From Candidatus Latescibacterota bacterium (lineage in GTDB: Bacteria > Latescibacterota > UBA2968 > UBA8231), in assembly GCA_965203175.1 (NCBI GenBank), contig OZ241867.1, positions 6,208,001 to 6,272,000 of the forward strand: a DNA stretch of 64,000 nucleotides, written 5' to 3'. Under the pieces are notes generated by a model. The model was not told the DNA's origin. It saw only the letters and a list, made by a program, of their open reading frames with translations, and searched no databases. Below are positions 1 through 16,270 of the stretch, one piece after another; positions within the stretch are counted from its first letter, which is position 1; each line of letters begins with the position of its first letter. The translations under genes and the position numbers were made by a program.

Positions 1-81
1 GCGACCTCGTACGGGGTGTGCTCTACGGTCTGCCAATTGGTCTCGGCGAGGATATAAGGTCGGCCGGGCATGGAGGCTCCT

Positions 82-633
82 TTACGATGTAAGCACCGCT
101 CGGTGCAAGGTCCGATATTCGGCCCCCGTCGGTTTGAGAATGCTTTCGATCAACTCCACCGCCTCCACCGGAACCTGTAATCGAGGTAACTCGCCGCTCT
201 GCTCGCTTCTCGGCGAACGCACCCTCGCCCGCACTCGACCCAGCGTCACGTGCGGGCGAAAGTCCCGTTCCTCCGGCTCCCAACCAGCAGCGCACACCGC
301 TTCTTCAACATCCCGTTGCAACGCCCCCAACCGTCCGTCCGCGTCCGCCACACCAGCCCAAATAACCTTCGGCCGACGGCGATTTGGAAAGCAGCCGCTT
401 TCCTCTATAGTCGCAACAAATCCCTCGTGCCGCGCGGCAACTGCCGTCAACCCTTCCCGCAGCGCAGCGATTTGCGCATCCTCAGCCGCGCCGAGAAAAC
501 GCAGCGTCAGATGGAGATTCTCCGGTCGCACCCAACTCACCCCCTGCGCCGGCCACAACGGCCGCATCGCGTCGCTCAGCTTGCCCAATGCCGCCGGCAC
601 CCGGACGGCGACGAAGGCGCGACTAACGGGCAC
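82..633 (-). CDS. thpR: RNA 2',3'-cyclic phosphodiesterase / 2'-5' RNA ligase (2H phosphoesterase)
   Basis: Two HxT motifs (HLTLRFLG, HVTLGR) and C-terminal ES-L-P-GAEY; 183 aa. Confidence 0.9.
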   Translation of the reverse strand: MPVSRAFVAVRVPAALGKLSDAMRPLWPAQGVSWVRPENLHLTLRFLGAAEDAQIAALREGLTAVAARHEGFVATIEESGCFPNRRRPKVIWAGVADADGRLGALQRDVEEAVCAAGWEPEERDFRPHVTLGRVRARVRSPRSEQSGELPRLQVPVEAVELIESILKPTGAEYRTLHRAVLTS

Positions 634-1423
634 CGCAAGCCCGCAAGCAGGCGTTCAAATACCCCCGGCTCTCTGCCGCAATCGTCGCCACCTGCCCCAA
701 GTCGTACTCCTTAGCGCCAATCACTTCCAAATTAGCCGCCACGTCTAGGCCCGATTCGTGCAGCACCTTGACGTACCCGAATAAATCGATGTTACCCCGC
801 CCACAAGCCTGCAACTCCGGTGCTCCTGGCCCGCCCTCCGCCACGGCACAATCCCGGATATGCACGTGCTTGACTCGCGAGATAACCGCCGCCAGCGCCT
901 CTACCGTATTCTCCCCCGCCCGATGGATGTGGCTCGGATCCATATCCACCCCAAATCCCGGTGAGTCGATCCGCTCCATCGCCCGCAACGTGGTCGGCGT
1001 ATCGTAGATGCACTGCCCCACGTGCGCCTTAGCGCACAGCGTCACGCCGTGTTCGTGCGCCCTATCGGCCATCTTGCCCAGCAGCGCGACCTGCCGGTCG
1101 AAATCTTCCTCCACATCGCTTTTGCCCCCCGGGCCGACGTTGACAACGGGAATGCCAATCTCAGCACCAGCCGCAAACGCCAGCATCAGCCGATCTTCGT
1201 CGAGCGCGGCTTCTTCCATAGCCAGCAATTTTAGCTCGTATTTTTCCGCTAGCTCTTTGATCTGGTTGGCCTGCGCCTGCCAGTTGTCCAACTCCAAGTG
1301 CTCGCACATGCCCTTGATCGCCGAAAGCTCGACGCCATCGTAGCCAGCAAGGTGGATATGGCGCATCGCCATTTCCAAATCGAATCCTGCAAAGAGCACC
1401 GAATTGGCCCCTAAATGAATCAT
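623..1423 (-). CDS. Sugar phosphate isomerase/epimerase (xylose isomerase-like TIM barrel)
   Basis: GYDGVEL, D-DPSH and HVHIRD motifs; 266 aa; RBS GAGGAG upstream. Confidence 0.8.
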   Translation of the reverse strand: MIHLGANSVLFAGFDLEMAMRHIHLAGYDGVELSAIKGMCEHLELDNWQAQANQIKELAEKYELKLLAMEEAALDEDRLMLAFAAGAEIGIPVVNVGPGGKSDVEEDFDRQVALLGKMADRAHEHGVTLCAKAHVGQCIYDTPTTLRAMERIDSPGFGVDMDPSHIHRAGENTVEALAAVISRVKHVHIRDCAVAEGGPGAPELQACGRGNIDLFGYVKVLHESGLDVAANLEVIGAKEYDLGQVATIAAESRGYLNACLRACGAR

Positions 1424-1594
1424 TTTAGCAGCTCCTCTTGAGTGATAAACAATTGATTTTACTGAATTACCGAGCGGTCATTATACACAGACGAAAAGGG
1501 GGCGTCAAGCGGTGGAGCGATTGGCCGGACCGCGTCCTGCCGCCTATATTACGACGTAAAGAGGCCGCACATAGAAAGTACAAGGAAGGGATTC

Positions 1595-2410
1595 ATGGCC
1601 GATGAATTGAAACCTCAAGAAGCCGGAGGCGATACCTATCTGGAGGAAGTCGAAAGGGCGCTTGATGGGGACAGAACACTACTCGGCGAGGTATGGAGAC
1701 TCGATCAAAAAGAGTTGGATGCAAACAAGATCGCGAAAGAGCTAGATGTTGAGACAACGGGATTTGTCTACAACTATCGGCGTTGCGTAAAAGCGATTGT
1801 GGATGTAGAAGGTATTGCGCCAAAGTCCCCATCAATGGCTCGAAAGTGCGTATCGGCACTCCGAGGCTTCGCAAAACGCCACCGAGAGTCCCTCTCCCCT
1901 ACAACCCGCTTGGAACTTCAGGAGAGGGCAGCTAAATACGACTTTAGTGCGGCTGATCCAGCCAAACGGGAAGAGGAAGAACAAAAACTCGAGCACCAAA
2001 CGAGTGCTGCTGAGAAAGAGGCGGTCCCAGGAATATACGTGTACGCGCTGCCACACTATCTCCGCTATCCGATCGAGATTCCCGAGAACGACCAAACGGA
2101 TGACCGGACATACTTGAAAGTGGGCATGTCCGAAAGAGACGCCGTCAAACGTTTCCGACAGCAGCGGGAAAGTACAGTACTACCCGAACCGCCCGTTTTG
2201 CTGCGGATATATGTCGACTCAAACGGCATGGACATAGCGGAAGTTGAAAGGAAAATTCATCTCCATCTCAATGCCGCTGATCACGTCAGGAACTCAGAAC
2301 GCGGTGCCGGGACAGAATGGTTCCTCACTCATCTGAAGTTCCTCGACTCGACTGCCGAACTTCTCGGCCTCAAGACTCGCTTTGCATTCGACGATTCGGA
2401 CGACGATTAG
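1595..2410 (+). CDS. GIY-YIG-like / T5orf172 domain protein
   Basis: C-terminal GIYVY...YLKVGMSER...RF...T-LPE-P...E-KIH...GTEWF pattern; N-terminal helical region. Confidence 0.7.
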   Translation: MADELKPQEAGGDTYLEEVERALDGDRTLLGEVWRLDQKELDANKIAKELDVETTGFVYNYRRCVKAIVDVEGIAPKSPSMARKCVSALRGFAKRHRESLSPTTRLELQERAAKYDFSAADPAKREEEEQKLEHQTSAAEKEAVPGIYVYALPHYLRYPIEIPENDQTDDRTYLKVGMSERDAVKRFRQQRESTVLPEPPVLLRIYVDSNGMDIAEVERKIHLHLNAADHVRNSERGAGTEWFLTHLKFLDSTAELLGLKTRFAFDDSDDD

Positions 2411-2504
2411 AACGTACTAAATCTAACGGGAGTTCGGAGGGTTTTTCTGGGCTGGCGTAGTTCCTTCCATACCTTGGCCAAACGCTGTTGGTCTAGGTAT
2501 GCCG

Positions 2505-2813
2505 CTACGCATTTACATTCTCGAGATCGCGCACCTTGCGTGTAGTGATTTTGAAATCATGTCCCAAGACACCGAGGATATTGAAAAGTACATCGAAGCT
2601 AATTTTTCCGATCTTGGTTCTATTTTCAATCTGGGCAATGCGCGGTTGGGAGACGCCGACCATCTCGGCCAATTGGCCTTGCGTCAAGCCAAATCGCTTT
2701 CTACTCTTCACGATCTTTTCGATGAGCTGTTCTTTCTGGCGTAGTTCGTTAATATTGACGCCGAGTTCCTCCGCCCATTGCTCAATGTTTACCTTTTCCC
2801 AAGGCATTTTCAA
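2505..2813 (-). CDS. XRE-family HTH antitoxin (HigA-like)
   Basis: GLTQGQLAEMVGVSQPRIAQIE helix-turn-helix; start overlaps the stop of the upstream toxin. Confidence 0.8.
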   Translation of the reverse strand: MKMPWEKVNIEQWAEELGVNINELRQKEQLIEKIVKSRKRFGLTQGQLAEMVGVSQPRIAQIENRTKIGKISFDVLFNILGVLGHDFKITTRKVRDLENVNA

Positions 2814-3142
2814 ATCTCCTTCAGTCTTCTGAGAATTAGCCGTTTATCCTTATCGGGAATGGTTTCGGTCTTTTTTTGGAGCACATGAACCAGATAAATT
2901 GCATCCCCGCGCTTGATGAAATAGAAAACTCGATAGATACTGCGCCGTTCTTTGAAGCGCAGTTCGTGTAAACCGAGAGCAATATTGAACAGCGGCTTGC
3001 TCAACGGCATCCCCAAGCTTTCCCCCTGCCTTAACCGATCAAGTGCCAAGAATAAATCCTCCTGTAGGCTTTGAGATAATCCCTCGACAAATTTCTTGAT
3101 CGGCGAATTGCCTGAAGCAGTGGTATAGTAGAGGATTTCCAT
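2810..3142 (-). CDS. RelE/ParE-superfamily toxin (Gp49/HigB-like)
   Basis: YTTASGNSPI..F, MPLSKPL...GLHELR, YRVFY, LVH...KKT motifs; toxin-first order. Confidence 0.8.
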   Translation of the reverse strand: MEILYYTTASGNSPIKKFVEGLSQSLQEDLFLALDRLRQGESLGMPLSKPLFNIALGLHELRFKERRSIYRVFYFIKRGDAIYLVHVLQKKTETIPDKDKRLILRRLKEI

Positions 3143-3177
3143 CCTTGAAATATAATCTGTAGATTATAATCGATCAA
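3143..3177 (-). promoter_or_regulatory. sigma70 promoter of the TA operon with palindromic operator
   Basis: Minus strand TTGATC-17-TATATT, 6 nt before the ATG; palindrome TATAATCT-GT-AGATTATA at 3151-3168. Confidence 0.7.
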
Positions 3178-3296
3178 CGGATCCCGCTAAAGCTGGAAGG
3201 GATCTTCCCATTCTGTAATCCCCCGCTTGCCCGCTGCACATTCGTATAGTATATTTTTGGATTCCTTTTTTCCCGCTCCTCGCGCCTACACGAGTC

Positions 3297-8956
<5,660 letters not shown>

Positions 8957-8960
<4 letters not shown>

Positions 8961-9610
8961 GCGAGTTGCATCTGCCCCAACGCGCCTTTTTCGAGTTCTC
9001 CTTTCGCTGCCCTCGGCGGGAAAAGCCGCCCAAAATCGACGGCAACTTGCGCGATTGGGACGACGCAGCGCGCGTGCCCGACCTGATGGCCGTCGATGGC
9101 CACCAACCCTTTGCCTCGGTCTATATGTCCTACGACGACAGCGGCCTGTACGTTGCCTGCGAGGTCAAGAGCAAGACGACCTATAAGCTCAATCCGCTCC
9201 AACCTGCTGCCGGCGACAGCCTCGAACTCTTCATCGACACCCGCGACGTCAAGGAGCACCGCGCCAACCGCTTCTGCCACCGGTTTTACATCTTGCCCGG
9301 CGGCAGCGGCAAGGACGGCAAGCAACCCATCGCCCGCCAGACCTCCATTGAGGACGCCCGTGAACAAGCGCCGCCCTGCCCGGAAGACGCGATTGAGACG
9401 GGTCTGCGCCGGCTTAAGCGAAGCTATCAGCTTGAAATCAAACTGCCGGCCGCGGGTCTCAACGGTTTTGCGCCGAGGGAATTCAGCCGGGTGGGGTTTG
9501 CGTATCTGTTGCACGACGCGCAGCACGGCACCCAGTCTTGGTCGTCGATATCGGACATGGGCGTAGAGCGCGATCCGAGCACTTGGGGCACGGCCGAGTT
9601 GGTGGACTAG
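8957..9610 (+). CDS. CBM9/DOMON-like sugar-binding domain protein
   Basis: PKIDGNLRDW, YDDSGLY, GDSLELFIDT, YQLEIKLP, W...PSTWG pattern; ATGA overlap with uvrA. Confidence 0.65.
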
Positions 9611-9688
9611 GACAGTCGGCGTCCTTTTACCTATCTTATATTTCTTATATTTAAATAGATCGTCTATCCGCGCATTCATCTAAGATCA

Positions 9689-12265
9689 TTGCCAATGCCT
9701 AATTCCGCTGTAATCCACCGGGTTTTCGGAGTGGGGATTTTCGTGCTGACGCTGGGGATGTACGTGAAGACCCTCGCGCCGACCGTGTCGTTTTGGGACT
9801 GCGGCGAGTTCATCGCCACGTCCTATATCCTCGGCGTACCCCATCCTCCGGGCGCTCCTTTGTACGTGCTGTTGGGGCGCGTCTTCACCTTGTTCCCCTT
9901 CGGCGAAGTCGCCATCCGCGTCAACTTCATGTCCGCACTGACCTCCGCGCTGGCGATTTGGTGCGTCTATCTATCGACCGTCGCGCTGGGACGGCGGGCG
10001 CTGGGCGGCCAGCCCCTGCAACCACTGGGCGACGCCCGCGACATCGGCGTCCTCGCCGGTGGGGCCGTGGCCGCGCTGACGTTGGCGTTTTCCTACACTC
10101 AGTGGTACAACGCCTCCGAAGCCGAGGTGTACGGCTACTCCATTTTATTTACCTGCCTGGGGCTGTGGCTGATTTTCTACTGGGAAGGCAGCGGCGCCGG
10201 GGCGGCCAACGACCGCTGGCTGTTGGCGCTGGCGTATTTATTTGGCCTCGGCGGCGGCGTGCACCTGTTGTGCCTGTTGACGATTCCATCGCTTATGCTG
10301 CTGGCGTGGTTTGCCGACCGCCAGTTGCAACGGCTGATCGTGCTGCTGGTCGGCTGGGGCGTATTCGGCGGGCTAGCGCTGATGGCCTTGGGGCCGGGAG
10401 CGCAGTGGAATGGGGTGATGGGGCTGGGGCTGGTGGGCCTACTAGCGTACCTGTACGGCCGCGACCGACGGCTGTTCTTCCTCCTGCTAGGCGTCCTCGT
10501 GCTGTTCGCGCTGGGCTATTCCACGTATGGCGCACTGTACATCCGCTCCGGCCTGAATCCGGCCATCGACGAGAACGATCCAGAAACCTGGTCGGCGTTC
10601 CTCAAGTTCCTCAACCGCGAGCAATACGGCACCGAGAGCATGCTGACGACCATGCTGACGGCGCGGGCGACCCGCACCTATCAGTTCTGGGATCAGCAGA
10701 TGAAGTACTTCTTTCAGCAGTTTCCCTTTCCGCTTTTCGAGCGGGACGTGGTATTCCGCAAGGCTACCATAAACCTGCCGGATCGAGTATCCATTTCGCT
10801 GGTGCCGTACTTACTGGGGCTGTGGGGGCTGGTGTGGCACTGGCGGCAGGACTGGCGGCGATTCGGGGGCGTGTTGCTGCTGTTTTTGATTATGGGATTT
10901 GGGCTATCACTCTACCTAAATATGCCAGACCCGCAGCCGCGCGAGCGGCACTACGTGTTCGGCGGGATGTACCTGGCGTTCGCGCTGTGGATCGGGTTAG
11001 GCTGGCTGGGCGTGGTCGAAGCAGTGCGGCAGCAGTGGGAGAAGCATCGGGCGGTTGTGATAGCAGTAGCAGCGGCTGGCTTGCTGCTGCCGGCCGGGGT
11101 GGCAGCGCGGCTCTATCACGTGGAAGACCGCACGGGCGACTATATCGCCTATGATTACGCGCACAACATGCTGACGAGCTGCGAGGAAGGCTCCATCCTG
11201 TTCACCAACGGGGACAACGATACGTTCCCGCTGTGGTTCCTGCAGGAAGTAGAAGGGATGCGGCGCGATGTGCGGGTGGTCAACTTGAGCCTGTTGAACA
11301 CCAACTGGTACATCAAGCAACTGCGCGACCGCGAGCCGCGCATCGACATCCGCTACACCGACGACTTCATCGACTCAGTACTCACCGATACGCAGATGGT
11401 TGATTTCTACAAGCGGTACTGGCCCGAGCCCAAGGTGCCGCCGGAGCTAAAGAAACTGGGAATTGACGTAGAAGTGAGCGCTCCTCCCGAGTACCCGATC
11501 CTCCGCGTCCAAGACGTCATGGTCATCAAAATTCTGGCTTGGAACGAGTGGAAAAAACCCATTCACTTTGCCATCACCGTTCCCACCAGCAACCTGCTCA
11601 ACCTCGACCCCTATTTGACCATGGTCGGCATGAGCGTAAAAGTCTCGCCCGAACCTACAGACGGAGTAGATGACGAGGCCCTAGAGCGCAATCTCCTCGA
11701 AAAATATCGCTTCCGCGGCCTCAACGACCCATCCTTGTACAAGGATGAAAACTCCGAGCGCCTCTTGGGCAACTACTGGGCTTGTGTCATGCAATTGGCC
11801 CGCAGCTACGAGGAGCAGGGGCGCAGAGATGAAGTGCCGCAACTCATGCAGTGGGCGCGGGACAACATCTACATAGGTTGGGAAAATCACTATGCGGCGG
11901 CCGATTACTTCAGCACCCTCGGCCAGCACGACATCGCGATTGATCACATCTACGAAGCCGCGCAATTCCTCATCGAGCGCGTGGGCATTGAGCCGGCTGC
12001 CACCTACGACAATATCATCGCGCTGACCGGGGTGCTGATCCAAGAACCTTACTCGGCCTACGACCGCGCCGAGCCCCTCTATTACCAAGCCATCGCCCTC
12101 GCACCGAAACGCTGGGAGGGCTACTACGAGTTGGCCGCCGCCCGACAGGCCAAGGGCGATGTTCCTGGAGCACTGGCCATCCTCCAGCAGTACAAAGAGC
12201 AATACGGCGAGCGGCCGGAGTTGGTCGAGGCCGAGCGCATCCTCCGCCAGTCCGCCTCTCCATGA
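9689..12265 (+). CDS. DUF2723 / TMEM260-family membrane glycosyltransferase with C-terminal TPR-like region
   Basis: APTVSFWDCGEFI...LGVPHPPGAPLY, EAEVY, PRERHY, FTNGDNDTFPLW motifs; many TM helices. Confidence 0.85.
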   Translation: MPMPNSAVIHRVFGVGIFVLTLGMYVKTLAPTVSFWDCGEFIATSYILGVPHPPGAPLYVLLGRVFTLFPFGEVAIRVNFMSALTSALAIWCVYLSTVALGRRALGGQPLQPLGDARDIGVLAGGAVAALTLAFSYTQWYNASEAEVYGYSILFTCLGLWLIFYWEGSGAGAANDRWLLALAYLFGLGGGVHLLCLLTIPSLMLLAWFADRQLQRLIVLLVGWGVFGGLALMALGPGAQWNGVMGLGLVGLLAYLYGRDRRLFFLLLGVLVLFALGYSTYGALYIRSGLNPAIDENDPETWSAFLKFLNREQYGTESMLTTMLTARATRTYQFWDQQMKYFFQQFPFPLFERDVVFRKATINLPDRVSISLVPYLLGLWGLVWHWRQDWRRFGGVLLLFLIMGFGLSLYLNMPDPQPRERHYVFGGMYLAFALWIGLGWLGVVEAVRQQWEKHRAVVIAVAAAGLLLPAGVAARLYHVEDRTGDYIAYDYAHNMLTSCEEGSILFTNGDNDTFPLWFLQEVEGMRRDVRVVNLSLLNTNWYIKQLRDREPRIDIRYTDDFIDSVLTDTQMVDFYKRYWPEPKVPPELKKLGIDVEVSAPPEYPILRVQDVMVIKILAWNEWKKPIHFAITVPTSNLLNLDPYLTMVGMSVKVSPEPTDGVDDEALERNLLEKYRFRGLNDPSLYKDENSERLLGNYWACVMQLARSYEEQGRRDEVPQLMQWARDNIYIGWENHYAAADYFSTLGQHDIAIDHIYEAAQFLIERVGIEPAATYDNIIALTGVLIQEPYSAYDRAEPLYYQAIALAPKRWEGYYELAAARQAKGDVPGALAILQQYKEQYGERPELVEAERILRQSASP

Positions 12266-13290
12266 CCGAGGCCGTCACCGTCGTCATCCCGCACTACCGC
12301 GCGGACGTACTCTACGACTGCGTGGCCTCAGTCTATGCACACAGTGATTATCCCGTCTGCGTACTCGTCGTTGACGACGGCGGCAACGCGCCTAGCTTGC
12401 AGCGGGCCAAAGCCGCCTTTCCCGCGCTAGAGGTCTTGCCCAACGAGCGCAATCTCGGGTTTGCCGCAGCCTGCAACCGCGGCTTGGCGGCCGCCCACAC
12501 CCGCTACGCCGTGCTGCTCAACGACGACACCCGCGTCGAACCGAACTGGCTCGCTCCCCTCGTCGCCATGGCCGACAGCAACCCCCGGATTGCCGCTTGC
12601 CAGCCCAAGCTGCGCTCGGCCAGCGCACCCGACCGCTTCGACTACGGAGGCGGAGCCGGCGGCTATATCGACGCCTTGGGGTACGCCTTTTGCCGGGGGC
12701 GGCTCTTCGACCGCTGCGAGCGCGACGAGGGCCAATACGACGCGTCCGTCCCGCTCTTTTGGGCCTGCGGCGCAGCCCTCTTTCTCCGCGTTGCCGCAGC
12801 CCGCCAAGTCGGGTTTTTCGACCCCGAGTACTTCATGCACTTTGAGGAAATAGACTTGTGCTGGCGTCTCCAGCTCGCTGGCTACCAGATCCGCGCCGTG
12901 CCGCAATCCATGGTCTTTCACCACTCGGGCTTCTCTCAGCCTCCGGCCACCTTCCGCAAGACGTACTTCAACCACCGCAACAGCCTCATCACGCTGTGTA
13001 AAAACGCGGGACTGCGCCGCCTGCTGTGGCTGCTGCCCTTGCGCCTGTGGTTGGAAGTGCTGGCCGTGCTCTACTACCTCCGCCGAGGCCAGTGGTCCAG
13101 CACCCCAGCCCCCTGTGCCGCCTTGCTTTGGTGTCTGGCGCATCCGCGCAACATCTATCGCCGCCGCCGCCAGAGCCAAGCCATCCGCTGCGCATCAGTC
13201 GCGCACGATGGCGTCTATTCGGGCAGCATTCTCTATCAGTACTTTGCTCGCCGCGTCCAGCGCACCTCCGCGCTCGTGCCCGAGCCATGA
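12262..13290 (+). CDS. Family 2 glycosyltransferase
   Basis: VVDDG, NLGFAAACN, LLNDD, FWACGA, FMHFEEIDLCWR. Confidence 0.9.
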   Translation: MTEAVTVVIPHYRADVLYDCVASVYAHSDYPVCVLVVDDGGNAPSLQRAKAAFPALEVLPNERNLGFAAACNRGLAAAHTRYAVLLNDDTRVEPNWLAPLVAMADSNPRIAACQPKLRSASAPDRFDYGGGAGGYIDALGYAFCRGRLFDRCERDEGQYDASVPLFWACGAALFLRVAAARQVGFFDPEYFMHFEEIDLCWRLQLAGYQIRAVPQSMVFHHSGFSQPPATFRKTYFNHRNSLITLCKNAGLRRLLWLLPLRLWLEVLAVLYYLRRGQWSSTPAPCAALLWCLAHPRNIYRRRRQSQAIRCASVAHDGVYSGSILYQYFARRVQRTSALVPEP

Positions 13291-14444
13291 GCCGCGTCGT
13301 CCTTGGCTGCGAACGCCTGCTCGCGGCCGGCGGCCTGATCCGCGACCGGCGCGTCGGCCTGATTACTAATCACTCAGGTGTCGATGCGCACCTACAATCC
13401 ACCGCCGACCGGTTGCACCAATCCGACCTCTGTACGCTCGTCGCCTTGTACGGGCCGGAGCACGGGATCCGCGGCGCAGCGCAAGACGGCGAGCACATCG
13501 CCCATTCTACCGACCACCGCACCGGCGTACCAACCTACAGCCTCTACGGCCAAGTGCGCGCACCGGATGCCGCCATGCTCGCCGGCGTCGAGCTGATGCT
13601 CTTTGACATTCAAGACGTCGGCGCGCGCTTTTACACCTATCTCTACACCATGAGCCTGAGCATGGCCGCCTGCGCCCAAGCGGGCATTCCCTTTCTCGTC
13701 CTCGACCGCCCTAACCCCATTGGCGGCCAAGCCGTCGCCGGAAATTGTCTCGACCCGGCGTTTGCCTCTTTCGTCGGGCAGTACCCAATTCCGGTGCGCT
13801 ACGGCCTGACCATCGGCGAACTCGCCCGGCTCTTCAACGAGGAATACGGAATCGGCGCAGACCTACACATCGTCCCCATGGAGGGCTGGCAACGCTCCTT
13901 TTACTGGGAGGACACCGGCCTGCCGTGGGTGCCGCCGTCGCCCAATATGCCTAGCCCGGAGACGGCGGTGATCTATCCGGGAACCTGTTTCTTCGAAGGG
14001 ACCAACGTGTCTGAAGGACGGGGGACGGCCAAACCTTTTGAGCAGTTTGGCGCGCCGTTTATCGACGGGGCGCGCCTAGCCGACGCGCTCAACAGCCGAG
14101 CGCTGCCCGGGGTGGGCTTCCGCCCGGTGTTTTTCCAGCCGACGGCCAGCAAGTACGCAGACGAAATTTGCGAAGGGGTTCAAGTTCACGTCCTCGACCG
14201 CGCAGCCTTCGAGCCTGTCGTCGTTGGCTTTGAGGCGGTCGCGGTCGTGCGTCGGCTCTATCCAGGCGAATTCGCCTGGCGCGTGCCCGCCGGCGGCATC
14301 CACAACTTCGATCGCCTCGCGGGCACCGACCAGATCCGCCGCGCCCTCGACGCGGGATTAGCTGTCGCCGAGCTACAGACCGCTTGGGACGAGGCGTGCC
14401 AAGCCTTTGACGCTGTTCGCCGCCGCTACTTGACGTACTCTTGA
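13287..14444 (+). CDS. namZ: Exo-beta-N-acetylmuramidase NamZ family (DUF1343)
   Basis: GLITNHSG, GPEHGIRG, FDIQDVGARFYTY, LDRPNP, SEGRGT; true start taken as ATG 13287 (ATGA overlap). Confidence 0.88.
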   Translation: MSRVVLGCERLLAAGGLIRDRRVGLITNHSGVDAHLQSTADRLHQSDLCTLVALYGPEHGIRGAAQDGEHIAHSTDHRTGVPTYSLYGQVRAPDAAMLAGVELMLFDIQDVGARFYTYLYTMSLSMAACAQAGIPFLVLDRPNPIGGQAVAGNCLDPAFASFVGQYPIPVRYGLTIGELARLFNEEYGIGADLHIVPMEGWQRSFYWEDTGLPWVPPSPNMPSPETAVIYPGTCFFEGTNVSEGRGTAKPFEQFGAPFIDGARLADALNSRALPGVGFRPVFFQPTASKYADEICEGVQVHVLDRAAFEPVVVGFEAVAVVRRLYPGEFAWRVPAGGIHNFDRLAGTDQIRRALDAGLAVAELQTAWDEACQAFDAVRRRYLTYS

Positions 14445-14512
14445 ACGAGGTTGTCCCGCCGCGCGATCTTTGTTATCGTTCACATTAGTACTCGCTACAC
14501 CTGATACCTGTC

Positions 14513-15103
14513 ATGCCCGCACCGCTCCAAACTGGCACCCTGTTGGTCGCCACTCCCACGCTCGAATCGCCCGCCTTCGACCGCGCAGTCGTGCTCATTA
14601 CCCACTATAGCGAAACAGACCTCACCATGGGTCTGGTGATCAACCGGCCCCTCGGCGAGCGAGTCCGGCGCTATGCGACTGATTCCCTACAGCAGCTCGC
14701 AGGCGGCGAAGATGCGTGTGCAGAGTTGGGACGAATATTCTACCAAGGAGGGCCAGTACACCAGCGCTATCTTTTCTTTTTGCACCGGCTCGATGGCCTA
14801 GTCGAAGGGGGCACAAAAATCCTCGACGGCCTCTATCTAGGTGGCAACCTCGATACCAAGTACGCCGAGGCCGAGGTGCTCCGGGTCGACGCGCCGCGGT
14901 TGCGGTTCTACTTGGGTTACGCCGGCTGGGAGCCGGGCCAACTCGAAGCCGAGATTAACGCCGGCACTTGGTTTTTGGCCCCAGGTGACCCCGAGATGGT
15001 CCTAGCGCCCACCCCCGAAACCATGTGGCAAGCAGTGACCTATTCCATGGGGGGCAAATATCGCCCCATCTCCGTATTTCCCGAAGATCCAGCCGTCAAT
15101 TAA
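14513..15103 (+). CDS. YqgE/AlgH family protein (DUF179)
   Basis: LLVATP, GLVINRP, GGPV, YLGYAGWEPGQLEAE, P-DP--N C-terminus. Confidence 0.88.
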   Translation: MPAPLQTGTLLVATPTLESPAFDRAVVLITHYSETDLTMGLVINRPLGERVRRYATDSLQQLAGGEDACAELGRIFYQGGPVHQRYLFFLHRLDGLVEGGTKILDGLYLGGNLDTKYAEAEVLRVDAPRLRFYLGYAGWEPGQLEAEINAGTWFLAPGDPEMVLAPTPETMWQAVTYSMGGKYRPISVFPEDPAVN

Positions 15104-16087
15104 TCAGCACACCATGCCCCGCTTGGCGCGGATGCCGTGCGCGGGCGGGTCGTCGCCGATCCAGCGGTCGTCTATTGGCTCGTGTGAACGCTGGTAGCGC
15201 GTATCGGAAGAGAGGCGGATGCGGTCCGTCTGGTTGTCTGAGCTAGCGTGCAACAGATACATGCAGAAGACCAGCAAATCTCCCATCTGGTACTCGGCCG
15301 TCAGCCAGCGGCCCCGCAACTCTTCGCGCACGGCAATCGCGTCGTGCGAGTAGGACCCGGACGAGTTCCAGCGAATTTGCTCGCGTTCTTCTCGTGTCAA
15401 CTCGCGGCCCTGTTCTTGAGCTGCCGCGACGATTTGGCGCGCGGTGGGGCCGTCGTTTTCGCAAAACGCATCCACATCAGTCTGGCCGTAGCCTTGTTTC
15501 AAGGCTTCGTTCTTGTGCGACCCCTCCAACACCATCAGCCCCCCCATCTCGTAAGGCACGTCGCTGAAGGGCGTCCACGACGTATAGAGCGCCTTGGTTC
15601 CTCTCCCCATATAGACGATGTCGCAATGCGGGGTCGTCGCCGTGTTGGTGCCCGGCTGCTTGGCGCGGAACCAAGTGTAGTCGTAATGCCGGACGGGCCC
15701 GCCTAAGAAAAATTCGTAAAAATCCATCATCGGGCCGTCGTGGAGGACCTTGTCCAGCGGCGGGTTGTTGCGCGCCAAGACGGGCATAAACGGGCCCGTG
15801 GCCGCCGGATTGACCGTCTTACCCGTGGCCACTACGCCTTCCATGGGCGGCCGCGCTGGGTCTAGCACCCCGGCCTTGAAGAGGCGATCGCACAATTCGG
15901 CCCGCGCCGCCAACACTTCGCGCCGATCCAAATACCCAGGCAAAAACAAATACCCGTCTTCCTCCATCCGCTCCCAGAGCGCTTCCCGATCGCCGATTAC
16001 ATCATCCGAGCGGCGGAGTTCGCCCACCTGCTCCATGGCGATCAGCTTGCCGCTGTACGTGAGTTGAGGTATAGTTGCCGTAGTCAT
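15104..16087 (-). CDS. Phytanoyl-CoA dioxygenase family (Fe/2OG) protein
   Basis: EDGYLFL, TPHCD (HxD), GGLMVLEGSH, GDLLVF...LH...R-SSDTRY. Confidence 0.85.
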   Translation of the reverse strand: MTTATIPQLTYSGKLIAMEQVGELRRSDDVIGDREALWERMEEDGYLFLPGYLDRREVLAARAELCDRLFKAGVLDPARPPMEGVVATGKTVNPAATGPFMPVLARNNPPLDKVLHDGPMMDFYEFFLGGPVRHYDYTWFRAKQPGTNTATTPHCDIVYMGRGTKALYTSWTPFSDVPYEMGGLMVLEGSHKNEALKQGYGQTDVDAFCENDGPTARQIVAAAQEQGRELTREEREQIRWNSSGSYSHDAIAVREELRGRWLTAEYQMGDLLVFCMYLLHASSDNQTDRIRLSSDTRYQRSHEPIDDRWIGDDPPAHGIRAKRGMVC

Positions 16088-16192
16088 AGGTCGTCCTTTC
16101 TGAATCTAAAATTACGCTGCTGGCCCTCGGAAGCAAATGCCCGCCGACCAAACGGGCGGAGTGTCGTCCAAACGGGTGGAGCAATATCCTGA

Positions 16193-16221
16193 TTGACCTA
16201 ACGTGCCTTAATTATTACATT
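16193..16221 (+). promoter_or_regulatory. Putative sigma70 promoter of dacA
   Basis: TTGACC-17-TACATT. Confidence 0.5.
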
Positions 16222-16270
16222 TAGGCCCATCCCCAGTAACCCCTTATTGGCTTTTTGAGCGAGAAAAATA

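Noticed and set aside
2411-2504. ATCTAAC after the T5orf172-like gene as an attC R'' core
   Set aside because: No matching L stem or convincing GTTRRRY partner was found.
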